This document shows positions 62,846 to 64,000 of a stretch of 64,000 bases of DNA, piece by piece. Below the pieces are notes generated by a model that was not told where the DNA came from, made no database searches, and was given only the letters and a program-made list of their open reading frames with translations. A program made the translations under genes and the position numbers. Source of the stretch: Harriotta raleighana (Eukaryota); assembly GCA_050575255.1 (NCBI GenBank), contig JBNZDD010013688.1, positions 4,012,463 through 4,076,462 on the forward strand, in the 5' to 3' direction. Position 1 is the first letter of the stretch. Every line of letters begins with the position of its first letter.

Positions 62846-64000
62846 GTCCAAGGAACCAAAGGACTGATTCCTCTTGAGGCTCCTGGAAAAATCTTGTTTA
62901 TATTCTTTTTTGTTCTCAAGGTATTGTTCTCTGTAACAGCCATTTATCCCAGGAGCTTTCATATGTGTTAAAAAGCCTTTTGTGAACAATCGTGTTCAAT
63001 CCTTTTTGAAAGCAAAGATAATATGTATCAACAGCAGTCCTTTCAGCCACTGTTACACCCTCAAAATGTCAATAATTGTAATTGGGAACTACCATTCATT
63101 AACCCACATTGGCTTTCAATTATGACCTTAATCATTGCTAGATTCTTCTCAATTTCCCCAGTTTTAATTCCAATTGTGGATTTTGAAGCTTATTCCTTAT
63201 ACAGTACTTGTAATCGTGTAAAAAGTTGGGAATTACAATGTTATGTATGGCCTTGTATCAATCTCTCAAAATCTTATCTTTTCCCATTAGGACAATCCAA
63301 ATACATTTAGCCTTAATTTGTTTGTACCCCTTCCCATTTCATTTAGTTTTTCACTGCACTGTAATTGTTCTCCACCTCACAATGTTATTATAGAAATGTC
63401 AGTGTGTAAATACGAACTTAGCACATTCGAGTTCAAAATGCTTCTTTCAAAAACCTTCCAGATATGCCACTTTCATGAGTTTCATCCATCTTCACAAATG
63501 AAAGTTCTCTTGGTTTCAGTCACGTTATCTTCAGATACCCTGGTGTTTTGCAGGCATACAAAGTGGGCACCTCACAGTTTGTCATTGGGTTGTAGGGTCA
63601 ATGATGATGCATTACATTGCAGAATCATCTCAACGTTGTTTTGCAATATTGCTTGAGGGTCAGGATTCTGTGCAGGATGAATTTAACAACATCCAGAACA
63701 ACAGAAGCTGTGCTGGGCTGTGGGGACTTTATTTGCGACATTGTACATTTTCCAGAGAATGCAGAAATTCTGTACAATCCAATAAGTATGTGTTGCAAAC
63801 CTGTGTAGGCAGGACTTGAGTTTTCAGTCTGTTCGCAACCAAGAAATCTTGTATGCCTGCCCGGACAAGTGTGTAATGGGTGCAGTTGGTGGTCCTAGTT
63901 TCTCCAAACATGCTTAGTAACAACACAGATTAAAACACGAGTCTTGGATGTTCTGGATGCAGCATCCATCTTGCATAATTTACACCGCAATGTCAGACAG

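Noticed and set aside
48292-64000. Next TBC1D22B exon (SEPEGFSHFHLYVCAAFL...) not found
   Set aside because: Introns in this gene reach 30 kb, so it probably lies beyond the window; this is not evidence of loss.

Overview
This is vertebrate genomic DNA, not prokaryotic. The repeat content (Deu-domain SINEs, abundant L2, shark-type CR1 and Penelope tails) suggests a cartilaginous fish, possibly a chimaera; that is an inference. The window lies inside one + strand gene, TBC1D22B (Rab GTPase-activating protein). Five coding exons are readable with GT-AG boundaries: 935-1063, 2393-2458, 8813-8927, 39566-39672 and 48164-48291. They include the catalytic IxxDxxR and YxQ motifs. I could not find the ~76-nt exon (DNYTFAQPGIQ...SRID) needed between 39672 and 48164. 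That interval holds two single-N junctions and a near-identical 1.88-kb duplication, whose second copy is preceded by an unexplained ~500-bp GC/CpG-rich insert. The most likely explanation is two haplotypes assembled in tandem around a polymorphic insertion, with the exon lost at a contig break. The rest is intronic: L2 LINE fragments (one with an intact endonuclease frame), a tRNA-derived Deu-type SINE family, older SacSINE1-like copies, CR1 and Penelope remnants, two Tc1/mariner-Tigger-type MITEs and simple repeats. I find no convincing new biological system. Nearly all ORFs in the track are spurious or repeat-derived. All family names come from recall, not from database searches.
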